IMG/VR virus record: IMGVR_UViG_3300037071_000543
Coordinates: 1-53,731 of that record
Source: a virus
Taxonomy: Duplodnaviria; Caudoviricetes
DNA length: 53,731 nucleotides
Strand: one strand, 5' to 3'
Shown one piece after another: positions 1 through 10,304 of the stretch (positions within the stretch are counted from its first letter, which is position 1; every line of letters begins with the position of its first letter). The position numbers and the translations under genes were made by a program. Below the pieces are notes generated by a model. It did not search any database. It was not told the origin of the DNA and saw nothing but the letters and a program-made list of their open reading frames with translations.

Positions 1-951
1 CGCCGCCTTGCTTCGACCGTTCGCAACTTCCTGCTTGGCCGCTTCGATGGCGTCCTCCTCCGTGACGCCTTCCGGCAGCGGGACCGGCCTGACAGTGGAT
101 GCCGCATCCGAGCCAGCCGGTGCCGGGGTCTCGCCTTCGCGTGCCTCCGACGCCGCGCCCGGGGTCCACGAATCCGGGTCCATGCCCATGCTGCGCAGCA
201 CGCGCCGGGTGTGACCGACCGCCGCCGTGACCTGCGCGTCGATCTGCTCCGCCGTGGGATTGCCCATGTTCTTGCGGCTGACATCCATGATGTTGTTGAA
301 CACCGACGCGCCGATCACCGCTGGATCGGCGTTCTTGTTCTTCAGGACCAGCCCCTTGGCTTCCTCCAGCGGCGTGCCGAGGTCGAGCAGGTATTGGATC
401 GTCTTGGCGTCGGCGCTGTTTTCGTTGTCCTTCGTGACGATGTTGACCAGCTTGCCGTCCTTGTCGACGGTGGGCTTGAAAATGCCGGACTCCAGCGTGC
501 CGGTCTGGCCCTCCCTTGTGGAGACCACCGGGGCCGCAGCCGCGCGATCCGCCGCCGCGATGCCTTCCGCAGAGGTGAGACGGGACAGCGTATCCTTTTC
601 CTGCGCCGCGATCTGGTCGTTGGACAGGTCCTTGCGCGCGCCGATTTCCAGCTTGGTTATCCGCTCCTGCGCTGCGATTTGCGCCGCCGATAGCCCCTCC
701 CTCGACTTCCGTTCCTCCCGGGTCAGAGCCTCCTGCGAGGCGATTTGCGCGGTTGTCAGCTTCTCCTGCGAGGCCCGCGACAGGGCGCTTTCCTGCGCCA
801 AGAAGGATTGCCGACGCACCTCGCGGGCATCCTCGCGCTCCGCCTCAAGCTGCCGCAGCTTCTCCTCGCGGGTCGCCTTGATGGCGGAAAGCTGGCCTTC
901 GCCCCAGCCGCGCGCCGCGCCGCCCGCCAATGCCAGTGCGAACCCGACCAT
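1..951 (-). CDS. Putative internal virion/DNA ejection protein, running off the window edge (not in ORF track)
   Basis: ATG at 951, just after the stop of 954-1694, opens a stop-free frame to base 1 (MVGFALALAGGAARGWGEGQLSAIKATREEKLRQLEAERE...). Gly/Ala N-terminus followed by coiled coil is typical of podovirus ejection proteins. Confidence 0.65.
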   Translation of the reverse strand, partial: MVGFALALAGGAARGWGEGQLSAIKATREEKLRQLEAEREDAREVRRQSFLAQESALSRASQEKLTTAQIASQEALTREERKSREGLSAAQIAAQERITKLEIGARKDLSNDQIAAQEKDTLSRLTSAEGIAAADRAAAAPVVSTREGQTGTLESGIFKPTVDKDGKLVNIVTKDNENSADAKTIQYLLDLGTPLEEAKGLVLKNKNADPAVIGASVFNNIMDVSRKNMGNPTAEQIDAQVTAAVGHTRRVLRSMGMDPDSWTPGAASEAREGETPAPAGSDAASTVRPVPLPEGVTEEDAIEAAKQEVANGRSKAA

Positions 952-953
952 CG

Positions 954-1694
954 CTATTCTCCTTTCAGCGCCCTGCGCATGCCCTTGGGCTTCGGCTCGA
1001 AGTCTCCCGGCGCATTCGGCCCGCCAGCCGCCGCAGGATTGCCAGCTTGCCCTGCTTCGTCGCTCGCGGCGAGGTCCCGCATGATCTTTTCGAGGGTGCC
1101 GTTCTGATCCATCGCGACCAGCCGGTCGAGGTCCGCCTTGGCCGAGCCCTGATCTATCTCCCCGACCCTAGTCAGCCGCTCGCGGAACCTATCGAGCGCC
1201 ATCAGCCACGCCCGTTCCAGCCCATCCTTGTCCTGCGAATAGTCCTTGATCTTGCCGCGCCGGGAAACCTCCGCAAGCTCCTCCAGAATGTCCGCGCCCG
1301 CATGGTAGAGCACGTCCGGGGGAACCTGATGCCCGGCCTGATCGGCGGCCTGCGCCACCCGGGCGACAACCATTTCGGTGGCCGCCGCGAGACCGCCAAC
1401 CGGATCGCCTTCGTTGCCCTCTTCGGCCCCACCCTCCAGCATCGTGACAATCTGCGGGAAGGTGTTGTCGGAATAGATCAACTCCCACGCCCTGCCGACA
1501 AACCGCTCCATTTCCGCCTGCTCTTCCGGCGAGGCTTGGGTGATTCCCATCTCCTCATCGCCGACCGCAGGCGGCATTGCTGGCTCTTCGTCTGGCCGCG
1601 ACAGGTCTTCACCCCCGGGCTCGACCACCTCCTCTTCGGGCGGAGGCTCTTCGATAGGTTGCCGCATGCCACGGCGTTGCGGATCGAGTGCCAT
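954..1694 (-). CDS. Acidic hypothetical protein in the ejection-protein cluster
   Basis: Likely start MALDPQRR at 1694 overlaps the upstream stop (TAATG). Confidence 0.7.
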   Translation of the reverse strand: MALDPQRRGMRQPIEEPPPEEEVVEPGGEDLSRPDEEPAMPPAVGDEEMGITQASPEEQAEMERFVGRAWELIYSDNTFPQIVTMLEGGAEEGNEGDPVGGLAAATEMVVARVAQAADQAGHQVPPDVLYHAGADILEELAEVSRRGKIKDYSQDKDGLERAWLMALDRFRERLTRVGEIDQGSAKADLDRLVAMDQNGTLEKIMRDLAASDEAGQAGNPAAAGGPNAPGDFEPKPKGMRRALKGE

Positions 1695-3775
1695 TATTCG
1701 AGCCCCATGTATTTCGGTGAATATTTCGGAGAGTTGATGTCCCACTTCATCTCAGGCGTCGGCCTCCAGATTCCATCTCCGAGGTATTTCTCTTCGAAGG
1801 TTTCGGTGGTCGGAGTCACGGTCGAGGTCGACTTTTCGCGAGCCTCCTTCCGCGCCGCCGCGTCCGCCAGAATGTCGGCGGTCAGCCGCTCCGGGTCGCC
1901 GTGGTCCGGGTCGCCCGTGCCCTCGCCGGGCTGATAGTAGTTCTCGTGGGTCGCGGCGAAATCGATCAGGTTTTCGCCGATCGACTTGCCGCTGAAAAGC
2001 AGTGAGGCGAGTTGCGCGCCGACGCCCGGGAGCCCGAGCGTGCTGGTCATCACGTCGATGCCGGTCGCGGCCACCTGCCCGAATCCGGTTCGCTGGTAGG
2101 GTGGCGCATCCCGAGGTGTCGGCTTTGGAGCCCGCATCGGAAGGGTCGGATCGGTAGGCTCGACAGTCGTCGTCGGTGCCGCTGGCGTGGCTGGCGTGGC
2201 TGGCTCGACACCTGCGGTCGTTGTCGTCGGCCTCGGAGTCGGTGTCGGCACCGTGGTTGCGGCAACATTGACCCCGGCTTCCTCCAATGCGTTTCTCACC
2301 GCCGCTTCGATCGACGCCATCGTGGTCGGGCTGCTTGGGTCCTGCCCTTGCTCGACCGCCGCTTCCGTCGCCCGCTGCCGCGCCGCCGCCTCAATTTCAG
2401 CAGGCGACTGGGTGGGAGTCGTGGCCGCGACTTGGGTCGTGGAGGTCGACGCCTTATCGAGCGTGCCAGCCATCTTGCGGTCGACATAACCCAGCACGGA
2501 GCCGATCGACTTACCACGCATAATCGAACTGTTGGCGGAGACGGCGGCTGCTCCCAGCACGTCGATCGCCCGATCGTCTGGATTGGCGTTATAGGCGGCC
2601 ACCGCGCCCTGCGGCCCGAGGAAGTGCGAGGCATAGAGCGATTCCGGCGTGACCGCGATGCCGTTCTTCTGAAGATTCGCCGCGTTGTCGATGGTGTATT
2701 GCGCCGTCATCGCCCGGGAGATTGTCGGATCGTTGCGGAGGTCGAGCTTTTCCTGCCGGGAGAGGTGGGCCAGCGTCGGATTTACCCGGTCGAACATGCC
2801 CATCCATGTGCCCGAGGTGAATTGCCCAAGCCCGGTGGCGCTCGAATTGGGGTTTTTGGCCCTTGGATTGTTGGCGCTTTCGACGCCGATCATGCGATCG
2901 ACCACGGCATTGAGGAAGGAATCGGTCATGCCGAATTTCCCACCCACATTGAGAATACCGGCTTGGGTCATGCTTTCCGCCGCGCCGCGTCGAGCCACCT
3001 CTGCCTTGTAATCCGACCAGTCTTGCATGCTGGCGTTTTCCATGCCGCGCACCGATGAGGCCTGTTCGGCCCGGCGCGCTGACAGGTCACTGACGGCTTT
3101 CGCCGTGGTGTAGGCGTCCATGCTTTCGTTTTCGAGCGTGCGGCGGGCCTCCGCCATGTTCATTTGGCTCGCCGTCGCGCCACCAAACCCGGAATATCCA
3201 CTGACCGACGCGCGATCGGCGGCCCGTGCTGCCGCTGTCGAGGTGCCAGCGCCCGGGTCGAACCCGGTGGCCGTGCGACTAGCCGCCGCGCGTGTCGTGT
3301 CGCCCGAATATCCAGCGACGGAAGACCGTTCGGAAGCGCGTGCCGCCGAAGCCGCCCCGATCGAGGTGGCCGACGATGAACGGGCTCCACCTGATGCGGA
3401 AGACTTGGCGACCCCCGAGGTGCCGCTCGACTTGCTATCGCCGGAATATCCAGAGACGGAAGCGCGATCGGAGGCACGCGCCGACGCCATCGAGCCGCTG
3501 CTCTTGTTGCTGGTTGAACCGGCATTGCCGCCGCTGCGGGCTCCGCTGGAGGAGGAGCTTGAGGCGCTTTTGCCCGAGCCGCTTAGGCTCTTGCCGCCCG
3601 AGCTTTGCGAGTCAGAGCGCGCGCTGCCGGTGCTGCCAGCCTTCGATGCGCTCGAACTGCTCGAACTCTTGCTCGAACTGGAGCCGCTGTAGCTGGCCGC
3701 ACCCGAGCCGCTTTTCGACTTGCCGCCCGAGCTTGGCGTATCGCCACGGCCCTGATTGCCGGTGCCGTTGTACAT
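1694..3775 (-). CDS. Virion-associated lytic transglycosylase (SLT-like) / ejection protein
   Basis: IGVES-ANNPRAKNPNSSATGLGQFTSGTW (catalytic Glu and GLxQ motif) and YASHFLGPQGA. Ser/Gly-rich N-terminus and Thr/Pro-rich linker. Confidence 0.8.
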   Translation of the reverse strand: MYNGTGNQGRGDTPSSGGKSKSGSGAASYSGSSSSKSSSSSSASKAGSTGSARSDSQSSGGKSLSGSGKSASSSSSSGARSGGNAGSTSNKSSGSMASARASDRASVSGYSGDSKSSGTSGVAKSSASGGARSSSATSIGAASAARASERSSVAGYSGDTTRAAASRTATGFDPGAGTSTAAARAADRASVSGYSGFGGATASQMNMAEARRTLENESMDAYTTAKAVSDLSARRAEQASSVRGMENASMQDWSDYKAEVARRGAAESMTQAGILNVGGKFGMTDSFLNAVVDRMIGVESANNPRAKNPNSSATGLGQFTSGTWMGMFDRVNPTLAHLSRQEKLDLRNDPTISRAMTAQYTIDNAANLQKNGIAVTPESLYASHFLGPQGAVAAYNANPDDRAIDVLGAAAVSANSSIMRGKSIGSVLGYVDRKMAGTLDKASTSTTQVAATTPTQSPAEIEAAARQRATEAAVEQGQDPSSPTTMASIEAAVRNALEEAGVNVAATTVPTPTPRPTTTTAGVEPATPATPAAPTTTVEPTDPTLPMRAPKPTPRDAPPYQRTGFGQVAATGIDVMTSTLGLPGVGAQLASLLFSGKSIGENLIDFAATHENYYQPGEGTGDPDHGDPERLTADILADAAARKEAREKSTSTVTPTTETFEEKYLGDGIWRPTPEMKWDINSPKYSPKYMGLE

Positions 3776-4458
3776 CAGACCCTCACAGCTTCAATCTGCC
3801 CGGATTGCGGATTGTACTTCCACGCCTCTCGCGTCTTGACCGCCATCGTGTTCGCGCCGCCCATGCCGCTACCGCCGCCGACCAGCGCGGATGACGGGAC
3901 CTTGTAGCTATCGGTAATCCGCTGTTCCCGTTCACGAACTGCTTGACGATCGGCCTCCGCCATATCCTCCTGCGACTTGATTTTCTGGTATTCGCCGATG
4001 CCCTGCCCGAGCCCCATCAGCAGCCCGGCCCCACCTTCCGAACTCAGGAAATTGCCCATCCCCTTCAGGAACCCGCCCGTTGACGAACTGGCCCCAGTGG
4101 CCGCGAGACCTGTCGCGGTGTCTGCGGCGGTCACTGCGGCGGTTGTCGCAGCCGGTAGCGCGCCCGCGAAGCCTCCGGTGGCACCTGCCACCCCGGCAGC
4201 GGCAGGGGCCGCAGCGCCCGCCGCAAGCACCCCTGTGGGGCCACCGCTCAGGACCTTGGCCGCGCCATTGAACAGACTGCTCAGGATGCCGGTGCCGCCG
4301 CCACCCAGCAGGCCGGACAGGCCAGCCGCGCCAGCGCCCGTGGCCGCGCTGCCGGTGAACACCGACGCGCCGACTCCCCGCATGGCGGAACCCAGCTTGG
4401 CGACACCCGTGCCGATCGAGGAAAAGACCTTGGTTATGCCGCTGACAAGACCGGACAT
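3775..4458 (-). CDS. Gly/Ala-rich DNA pilot/ejection protein
   Basis: Hydrophobic Gly/Ala-rich stretches followed by a charged helix, in the ejection cluster. Confidence 0.6.
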   Translation of the reverse strand: MSGLVSGITKVFSSIGTGVAKLGSAMRGVGASVFTGSAATGAGAAGLSGLLGGGGTGILSSLFNGAAKVLSGGPTGVLAAGAAAPAAAGVAGATGGFAGALPAATTAAVTAADTATGLAATGASSSTGGFLKGMGNFLSSEGGAGLLMGLGQGIGEYQKIKSQEDMAEADRQAVREREQRITDSYKVPSSALVGGGSGMGGANTMAVKTREAWKYNPQSGQIEAVRV

Positions 4459-4949
4459 TTCTTCTCTCCCAACTCAAGACGGTGGATGATGCCGTACTCC
4501 TTCATCCCGAATTGCTTCCGCAAAATACGGCTGGTCGCGGCTGGGTTGTCGGTGATGACTGCCGACGCCGCGATATGGACCTCAACCACAAGCGGATTTT
4601 TCTTCGCCCACTCGACCATGTTGCGCATGAGGATCGCCGCCTCGCCGGGCTTGGCGTGGTCGTTGACGATCCAGAACAGGTCCGTCGCCATCAGCTTGTC
4701 GCCGATCGCATAGATGCGGGCCAGCGTGGCGTACATCAGCCCGTCGATGCTGCCGTCATTGTCGACCACCTGCACCCAGCACGCGCCGCCCTTCTGGTGG
4801 CCGTGGCGGCCTATCCCGGAGATAACCAGCCGCTTGGCTTCCTCCACATCGACACCGACCGCGCTACCGGCGTAGTGCGAGCGGGCATGGCAATCGAGCA
4901 AAAAGCGGACGATCGCATGGGTGTCGGCGAATTTGGCGTCTCGGATCAT
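4434..4949 (-). CDS. GNAT-fold acetyltransferase-like protein
   Basis: MIRDAKFADTHAIVRF start, DLFWIV...GEAAILMRNMVEWAK. Position matches the GNAT-like genes of podovirus tail/ejection modules. Confidence 0.65.
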   Translation of the reverse strand: MIRDAKFADTHAIVRFLLDCHARSHYAGSAVGVDVEEAKRLVISGIGRHGHQKGGACWVQVVDNDGSIDGLMYATLARIYAIGDKLMATDLFWIVNDHAKPGEAAILMRNMVEWAKKNPLVVEVHIAASAVITDNPAATSRILRKQFGMKEYGIIHRLELGEKKCPVLSAA

Positions 4950-4951
4950 GG

Positions 4952-5962
4952 TCACCAATTCAGGTCGACGTTGTACATCTGCTCGACCAAGTTCAGTTGC
5001 GTATTGCGCAAGTTCTTCGCGGCGGTGAGGTAGTCGGCGCGACTGGTGGAGTCGAGATTCGTGTTGGCCATGATGCTCTGGTAGGAGCTTTGGTACATGG
5101 TTTCCATCGAGGTCAGCATGTCAGCCGCCGCCGCGCGATCGCTCGCCGCCAGATTCCATTTGGCAATCGTCGTCTGGAGATTGCGGTCGAGATTGGCTTC
5201 GCTCTGCCGGTAGGCGATGTCGGCCTGCTGCATTTTCTCCGCCGACGCCCGGTCGAGCTTGCCCTCCGACATGCGGAAATTGATGTCGTTTTCCTGCAAG
5301 ACCTGCTGAAGCGCCCGGTTCGCCGCCTCGATGCCCTCGGTCGAGGCGATCTGCCGGATTTGCTGCTCGTTCGCCGCGTCGATCTGCTGGGTCTGGAGGG
5401 TCTGCGCAAGATCGCGATCGAGGTCCGCCTGCGTGCCCAAGAAGCCGCGTTGCGCGATGTTTTCCGCCGTCTGCCAGCCGCGTTCGGCCACTGCTTCCTT
5501 GCTCTGGAATTTCTCTGTCCCGAGCCGTTCGCCGGTCTGGAATTTCTGTTGCGCCTCCTGCGCGGTCATCCCGTATTCGAAGGCGCGCGCCGCTTGGTTC
5601 TTGCCGTAGGCCTGCGCCGCGTCCTGCTGGGCGATCGGCAGGATGTTCTGGAGCACCGCGTCCTGCGATGCGCCGACCGCCATTGAGGAGTTCAAGAGAC
5701 CACGGCGATTTGCTGCCTTCAGGCCCTCTGTGCGCGCCATCTGGTTGAGCTTGGAGTCGGCGGCGGCCAGCTTGGTGACTTGGCTGGCCACCGTGTCATC
5801 CACCTGCGACGGCGCGATCGTTGGCATCGCCTTGTTCGGCTCATCCGGGGTGAGCTTCGACCAGTCCTCATAGGACATTCCGCCCATCGCCGCCGCGTCG
5901 TAGAGCCCTTTCGACTTGATCGACTTGTTCGGATCGAGATTGCCTGCGGTGACAACGGCCAT
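4952..5962 (-). CDS. Internal virion (ejection) protein, coiled-coil
   Basis: Likely start MAVVTAG at 5962 (TGATG coupling). NRRGLLNSSMAVGA motif and Gln/Ala-rich helices. Confidence 0.65.
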   Translation of the reverse strand: MAVVTAGNLDPNKSIKSKGLYDAAAMGGMSYEDWSKLTPDEPNKAMPTIAPSQVDDTVASQVTKLAAADSKLNQMARTEGLKAANRRGLLNSSMAVGASQDAVLQNILPIAQQDAAQAYGKNQAARAFEYGMTAQEAQQKFQTGERLGTEKFQSKEAVAERGWQTAENIAQRGFLGTQADLDRDLAQTLQTQQIDAANEQQIRQIASTEGIEAANRALQQVLQENDINFRMSEGKLDRASAEKMQQADIAYRQSEANLDRNLQTTIAKWNLAASDRAAAADMLTSMETMYQSSYQSIMANTNLDSTSRADYLTAAKNLRNTQLNLVEQMYNVDLNW

Positions 5963-7392
5963 CAGTAGAACTCCCAAATCCGCATGACGGCGGGAGCCCC
6001 ATTGCCGCCCGCGCCGCTGGTGGCAGTCTGGCACCCAGCCGCGCCCGAGCCGCCGCTGCCGAAATTGTTGCCGGGGCTTCCATTGACGACGCCGGGACCT
6101 GTCGAAATCGCGTGGTAGGCTCCCTGACCCAAATTGGTCGAGCCGCCTTCACCTGAAATCGCCGTGGTGTCTGGACCGCAGGACAGGCCGCGCCCGCCGA
6201 TCGCCGCGCCGCCGCCCGTTTGCAGATTGGTCGAGCCGCCAGCGCCGCCGCCTAAGATGATTTGGTTCTGGCTGGCGTTCATGGTGCCGTGCTGACCGGC
6301 GAAGCCACCGTCCCATGTGTAGACCGTGCCAGCGACCGTGATCGTCGTATCGCCACCTTCAAGGCCCGGCAGCGCCAGCCGCCCCAAGCCGCCCGCGCCA
6401 ATCACCACCGCCGCGTTGACGACATTCACGACATCGAGAATCGGGGTCCAGCCGTAGCGGCCAGCGCCGCCGCCGCCGCCTGCGCATGCGGTGCCCACGG
6501 CTGCACTGCCGGTAATGCCGCCACCCGCGCCGCCGCCACCCACCGCCTCGACCAGAATTTGCCGACATCCGGCTGGCTTCGTCCATGTGCCGCTGGCGAC
6601 CATCATGGTGATGGTGAACGGCTTGCCGGGGAAGACCGTGCCGACGCCATCGCCGACCGCGAAGTTGTTGGTGGTCGAGTTCCACTGGAGTTGGCCTTCG
6701 GCGGTCGGAACCGGGGCCGCGCTCGCCGTCAGATTCAGAACCGGCGAGGTGATCGTCTTGCCGGTGAGCGTCTGCGTGCCGTTGATCGTCGCCACGCTGC
6801 CTGCCGCCGTGCCCGGCGTCGAGATGATGAGATTGCCGCCAGCCAGCGTCAGAACGTTGGCGGTATGGGTGAGCGTGAGGTCGCTCGCGGCCCAGTTGAT
6901 GACGCTGCCCGAGGCAAGGAACAGGTCGGACCAAGAGAGCGTCAGACTGCCGAGCGGAGCGCCGTCATTGGCGGCGGGCGCGACCATCACGTCGAAGGAA
7001 TAGCCGCCAGACGCCGCTTCTGCCCCGGCAAAGCGCAGGCTGTTGGCGACATGGGTGATGGTGACATCGCCGGACAGCCAGTTGATGACGCCGCCATTCG
7101 CCAGAAACAGGTCGGAAAAGGCGTTGCCGACCCCTCCGAGCGCCGCCGTGTCGTTGCCATTTGGCAGTGTCGGGCCGTTCGATATGATGCCGCTCTGCCC
7201 GAGAACGGTGCCGGATGCGATGACGTTGCCGTCCTTGTCGACGGAAAACTTGTTGATCGCGCCGACTTGCAGTTCGAGCAGCATAGAGCCAGCCGCCGAC
7301 GCCGCATTCGTCACGTTCATCTTGATCGCGGTGTAGACGGTGCCCGCGCTGTTCCAGAGCGCCGACATGGCATTGATGAATTGGTTGGCCAT
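5962..7392 (-). CDS. Tail fibre with Gly-rich C-terminal domain
   Basis: Duplicated unit PxxNDxAxLG...SDLFLAxGxVINWxxxDxTxTH. C-terminal SGTWTKPAGCRQILVEAVGGGGAGG Gly-rich domain. Confidence 0.7.
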   Translation of the reverse strand: MANQFINAMSALWNSAGTVYTAIKMNVTNAASAAGSMLLELQVGAINKFSVDKDGNVIASGTVLGQSGIISNGPTLPNGNDTAALGGVGNAFSDLFLANGGVINWLSGDVTITHVANSLRFAGAEAASGGYSFDVMVAPAANDGAPLGSLTLSWSDLFLASGSVINWAASDLTLTHTANVLTLAGGNLIISTPGTAAGSVATINGTQTLTGKTITSPVLNLTASAAPVPTAEGQLQWNSTTNNFAVGDGVGTVFPGKPFTITMMVASGTWTKPAGCRQILVEAVGGGGAGGGITGSAAVGTACAGGGGGAGRYGWTPILDVVNVVNAAVVIGAGGLGRLALPGLEGGDTTITVAGTVYTWDGGFAGQHGTMNASQNQIILGGGAGGSTNLQTGGGAAIGGRGLSCGPDTTAISGEGGSTNLGQGAYHAISTGPGVVNGSPGNNFGSGGSGAAGCQTATSGAGGNGAPAVMRIWEFY

Positions 7393-7395
7393 TGC

Positions 7396-9267
7396 TTACC
7401 TCTTCAGGCCGCGCCGCGAGAAGTTGTAGGTTTGTGACGAAATCGTGTGCTGCCGGGCGATCGCCGATTCGTGGATCAGGGTGGCTGAGACATTCGGGCC
7501 GATGCCGTTGATGTGATGCTCGATCCGGCCCTCGACGGGCTGGGTCCAGTCGACCTCCGAATAGGGCTGGGTGGTGATGATCGAGGTGCCGGACAGGGAG
7601 TCGGCGAACGCCTCCTCACCGCCGATTCCGTGGGCGTAGTCGACATCGAAGGCCACGCCGATGGTGATCGGATCAGGCGAGTCGATTTCGAATGTCGCCT
7701 TTGTCCAGCGCGTGTTCTGCGAAGGCGATCCAGCCGCGTTGAACGGGAGCCGGATGTAGCTCTTGATCGGCTCACCGTCGAAGGACGTGCCGCGATTGAG
7801 TTCATAGACGAACCCGTCCTGACAGCCGACGAACAGGCGATCGCCCTGCCCGGGCACGACCTCGCCGGAACAGGCGCAGAAGACCTCGATCGGCACCTTG
7901 AACGGCAGTGTCTCGGGCTCCTTGCGCCCGATGTAGACGGCGAGCCCGGTGCCGTCATTCCAGAACAGCCGGTATTGATCCTTGGCCTTGATGCGCAGCG
8001 AGGCGACCGGGAGCACGCCTTGTTCGCGCTTTTGCCGGATCAGCTTCTCGATCTGCTGGGTGACGGAACCGAGCCGCCAGTCGCCGAACGCCGATGTCGT
8101 CGGCAAGGTGCGGACACCACCGTCATCCAAGAACATCGGGTCCTTCATCATTTGCGCCGTGTACGGCTGTGCGCCCGAGGCGTCGGAAATCGGGTTGAGG
8201 CTGAAGGTCGTGGTGTCGTCGCCCGTGATGTACTCGATGCGGTTCTGCGCAAAGACCATCAGCGAGGTCGCAGCGGCAGACAGGAGCCCGGTGATCTGCT
8301 CGCCGAATGAAATCTCGCCAGCGCCCGTGGTGGTGACGAACTCCAGCGGCTCCCCGAGCGATGAGTTGATGATCGTCCCGGAGGTGAACCCCAAAAACAG
8401 GTGGTTCTTGAAGTGGGCGATGAAGGAAGGCGCGTCGAACAGCGCCGACATGATGATGAAGTCGCCATTGTCCGCGACGATGTTGTCGCCGTTTTGCGCC
8501 AGCAGGAAGGAGATTTCGATCGATTCGCCGCCCGTGATGCCGGTGAAGATCGGTGACAGGAAGGTCCCGCTCCACTCGAATGCGGTGTCGGTGCCGCTGC
8601 AAAAATACATGCGGGTCCGCGAGGCCGCGCCGTAGAAATTATGGTTGATGAAGTCGTATTTGCCGCCCGGCTGGATGCCGAGCGCGTTCATCGCCGTCAG
8701 TTGCGCCGACCCGGATGACGACAGCAATTCCTCACCCAGCGTGAAGGTGTCGTGCTCCTGCGAGACAATCAGGTATCCAGCCGCCGTGCCGTCCCAAGCG
8801 CCTTCGCGCAGCACCACGCGATCGATGAAGGCGGTAGCGAGCGAAGTCACGCCAGCCACATACTCGCCGATTTGAAATTCGGTGTCGCCGGACGCGAACT
8901 CCATGAGCGATCCGAAGATCGCTGGCACCCAGCCAGCACTGTCGGCCCGGTACATTCCGGCAGCGCCGCCGTCCACCTTGTCGCGGAAGGAATAGACGTT
9001 GCCGTCGAACACCCACACGCCGCGCACCGGACCAGTACCCGGCACCGGGCCGATCGCCGCGCGGCGGAGGGTGACTTGTTCAGGAACCGTGGTGTCGGAC
9101 GGGCGCGGATGGCCGTCGAACCGCTCATAGCCGCCGCTTGAGGTGTAGCCCGCGTCATCCGGCTCGTAGTTAAGCCCGGCGATCGCCTTTCCCGGCTTCA
9201 CGGCGATCGGCGGGGTGGCCAGATCGAGGCCGCCAGCCATCAGCGAGGTGTGGACCTGTAGGGCCAT
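7396..9267 (-). CDS. Tail nozzle / DNA stabilization protein (P22 gp10 / T7 gp12-like)
   Basis: About 620 aa, beta-rich (IAHFKNHLFLG, QYRLFW, LFVGCQDGFVY), directly downstream of the adaptor. Start by TAATG coupling. Confidence 0.7.
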   Translation of the reverse strand: MALQVHTSLMAGGLDLATPPIAVKPGKAIAGLNYEPDDAGYTSSGGYERFDGHPRPSDTTVPEQVTLRRAAIGPVPGTGPVRGVWVFDGNVYSFRDKVDGGAAGMYRADSAGWVPAIFGSLMEFASGDTEFQIGEYVAGVTSLATAFIDRVVLREGAWDGTAAGYLIVSQEHDTFTLGEELLSSSGSAQLTAMNALGIQPGGKYDFINHNFYGAASRTRMYFCSGTDTAFEWSGTFLSPIFTGITGGESIEISFLLAQNGDNIVADNGDFIIMSALFDAPSFIAHFKNHLFLGFTSGTIINSSLGEPLEFVTTTGAGEISFGEQITGLLSAAATSLMVFAQNRIEYITGDDTTTFSLNPISDASGAQPYTAQMMKDPMFLDDGGVRTLPTTSAFGDWRLGSVTQQIEKLIRQKREQGVLPVASLRIKAKDQYRLFWNDGTGLAVYIGRKEPETLPFKVPIEVFCACSGEVVPGQGDRLFVGCQDGFVYELNRGTSFDGEPIKSYIRLPFNAAGSPSQNTRWTKATFEIDSPDPITIGVAFDVDYAHGIGGEEAFADSLSGTSIITTQPYSEVDWTQPVEGRIEHHINGIGPNVSATLIHESAIARQHTISSQTYNFSRRGLKR

Positions 9268-10304
9268 TACGCCAGCGCCGCCCCCCATGTGACCTTGGGA
9301 AGCTGGTGCGCCTCCAGCATCGAGAAATTCGGCAGCATGCGCAGCCGCACGACCGGAATGCGCGGGCCTTCATCGAAGCCCTCGACGTACTGGAGCGCCG
9401 CGTCCTTGATGATCGTGTGGAACTCGGATGGCATTTCGGGAATGTCGGCATCGGCGGTCAGGTATTGGGCGCTTTTGCGATATTGCCCGCGCACCCGGTA
9501 AAAGCGGCTTGGAGGTGGCGAGACGATCAGCTTTTGGTCTGGCGTGAGGCTGTAGACCTGCGGCATGCCGGGCGTCTGGACGCCACGAAGCTGGGTTTCG
9601 TAGAACCGTTCCCACTCCATGAAGCGCAGGTAGCCCTCGCCGCTCTTGCCTGCGCCCGCGCTCGACTCCAAGGCGTAAGCGAACTGAAAAAAGAGATACA
9701 CCGGGTTGGCGACAGCTACATCCTTGGGAAAGACGCCAGTCATATTGGTCAGCCGCATGTAGCCGTGGCCTTGCGCCGCCGCCCAGTCGCCCGACGACAC
9801 AATGGCAGCGACGTTCGCCTTTGGTTGACCCGCCGTCGCTGCCCATATTTCGTCGCCAACCAAGAACGGCCCGAAGATTCCGGCATCATCGAAAGGCAGC
9901 ATGTCGTCGGTCTCATAGATCGACAGGCCGATGTCGGACCCATCGCCCTTGAAGCCCCATTGCGAAAACCGGGTGATCGGCAGGCCGGTGCGCTCGTCCC
10001 GGAAGTCGGTCCCGGCATACTGGGTCTGCACTGGCAAGGTTTCATCGAACGGCTCGGGCGGATCGCCGCCATATAGGGAATAGGTGATCGCCGGGATCAA
10101 CTCCCCGACGAACTCACTGTTGAGCCAGCGCCAGCCTCGGTGGGCATTCTGGATGTCGATGTAGGCCTCGCGCACATAGTCCACGATCAGCCGCAGCCGG
10201 TTGGGTTGCCCGATGACCGTCGAAGGTCTCAGGCTCCCATCGGCCAACGCCTGAATCGTGCCAGTCTGCTGGACCGTCTGCTGGACGATTTCGAGGAAGT
10301 TCAT
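9267..10304 (-). CDS. Head-tail adaptor (tail tubular protein A-like)
   Basis: MNFLEIVQ...YIDIQNAHRGWRWL N-terminus and LTADADIPEMPSEFHTII C-terminus, plus synteny. Confidence 0.7.
   Translation of the reverse strand: MNFLEIVQQTVQQTGTIQALADGSLRPSTVIGQPNRLRLIVDYVREAYIDIQNAHRGWRWLNSEFVGELIPAITYSLYGGDPPEPFDETLPVQTQYAGTDFRDERTGLPITRFSQWGFKGDGSDIGLSIYETDDMLPFDDAGIFGPFLVGDEIWAATAGQPKANVAAIVSSGDWAAAQGHGYMRLTNMTGVFPKDVAVANPVYLFFQFAYALESSAGAGKSGEGYLRFMEWERFYETQLRGVQTPGMPQVYSLTPDQKLIVSPPPSRFYRVRGQYRKSAQYLTADADIPEMPSEFHTIIKDAALQYVEGFDEGPRIPVVRLRMLPNFSMLEAHQLPKVTWGAALA

Noticed and set aside
4434-4949. GNAT-like gene among ejection genes as a novelty
   Set aside because: Such genes are already known at this position in podoviruses.
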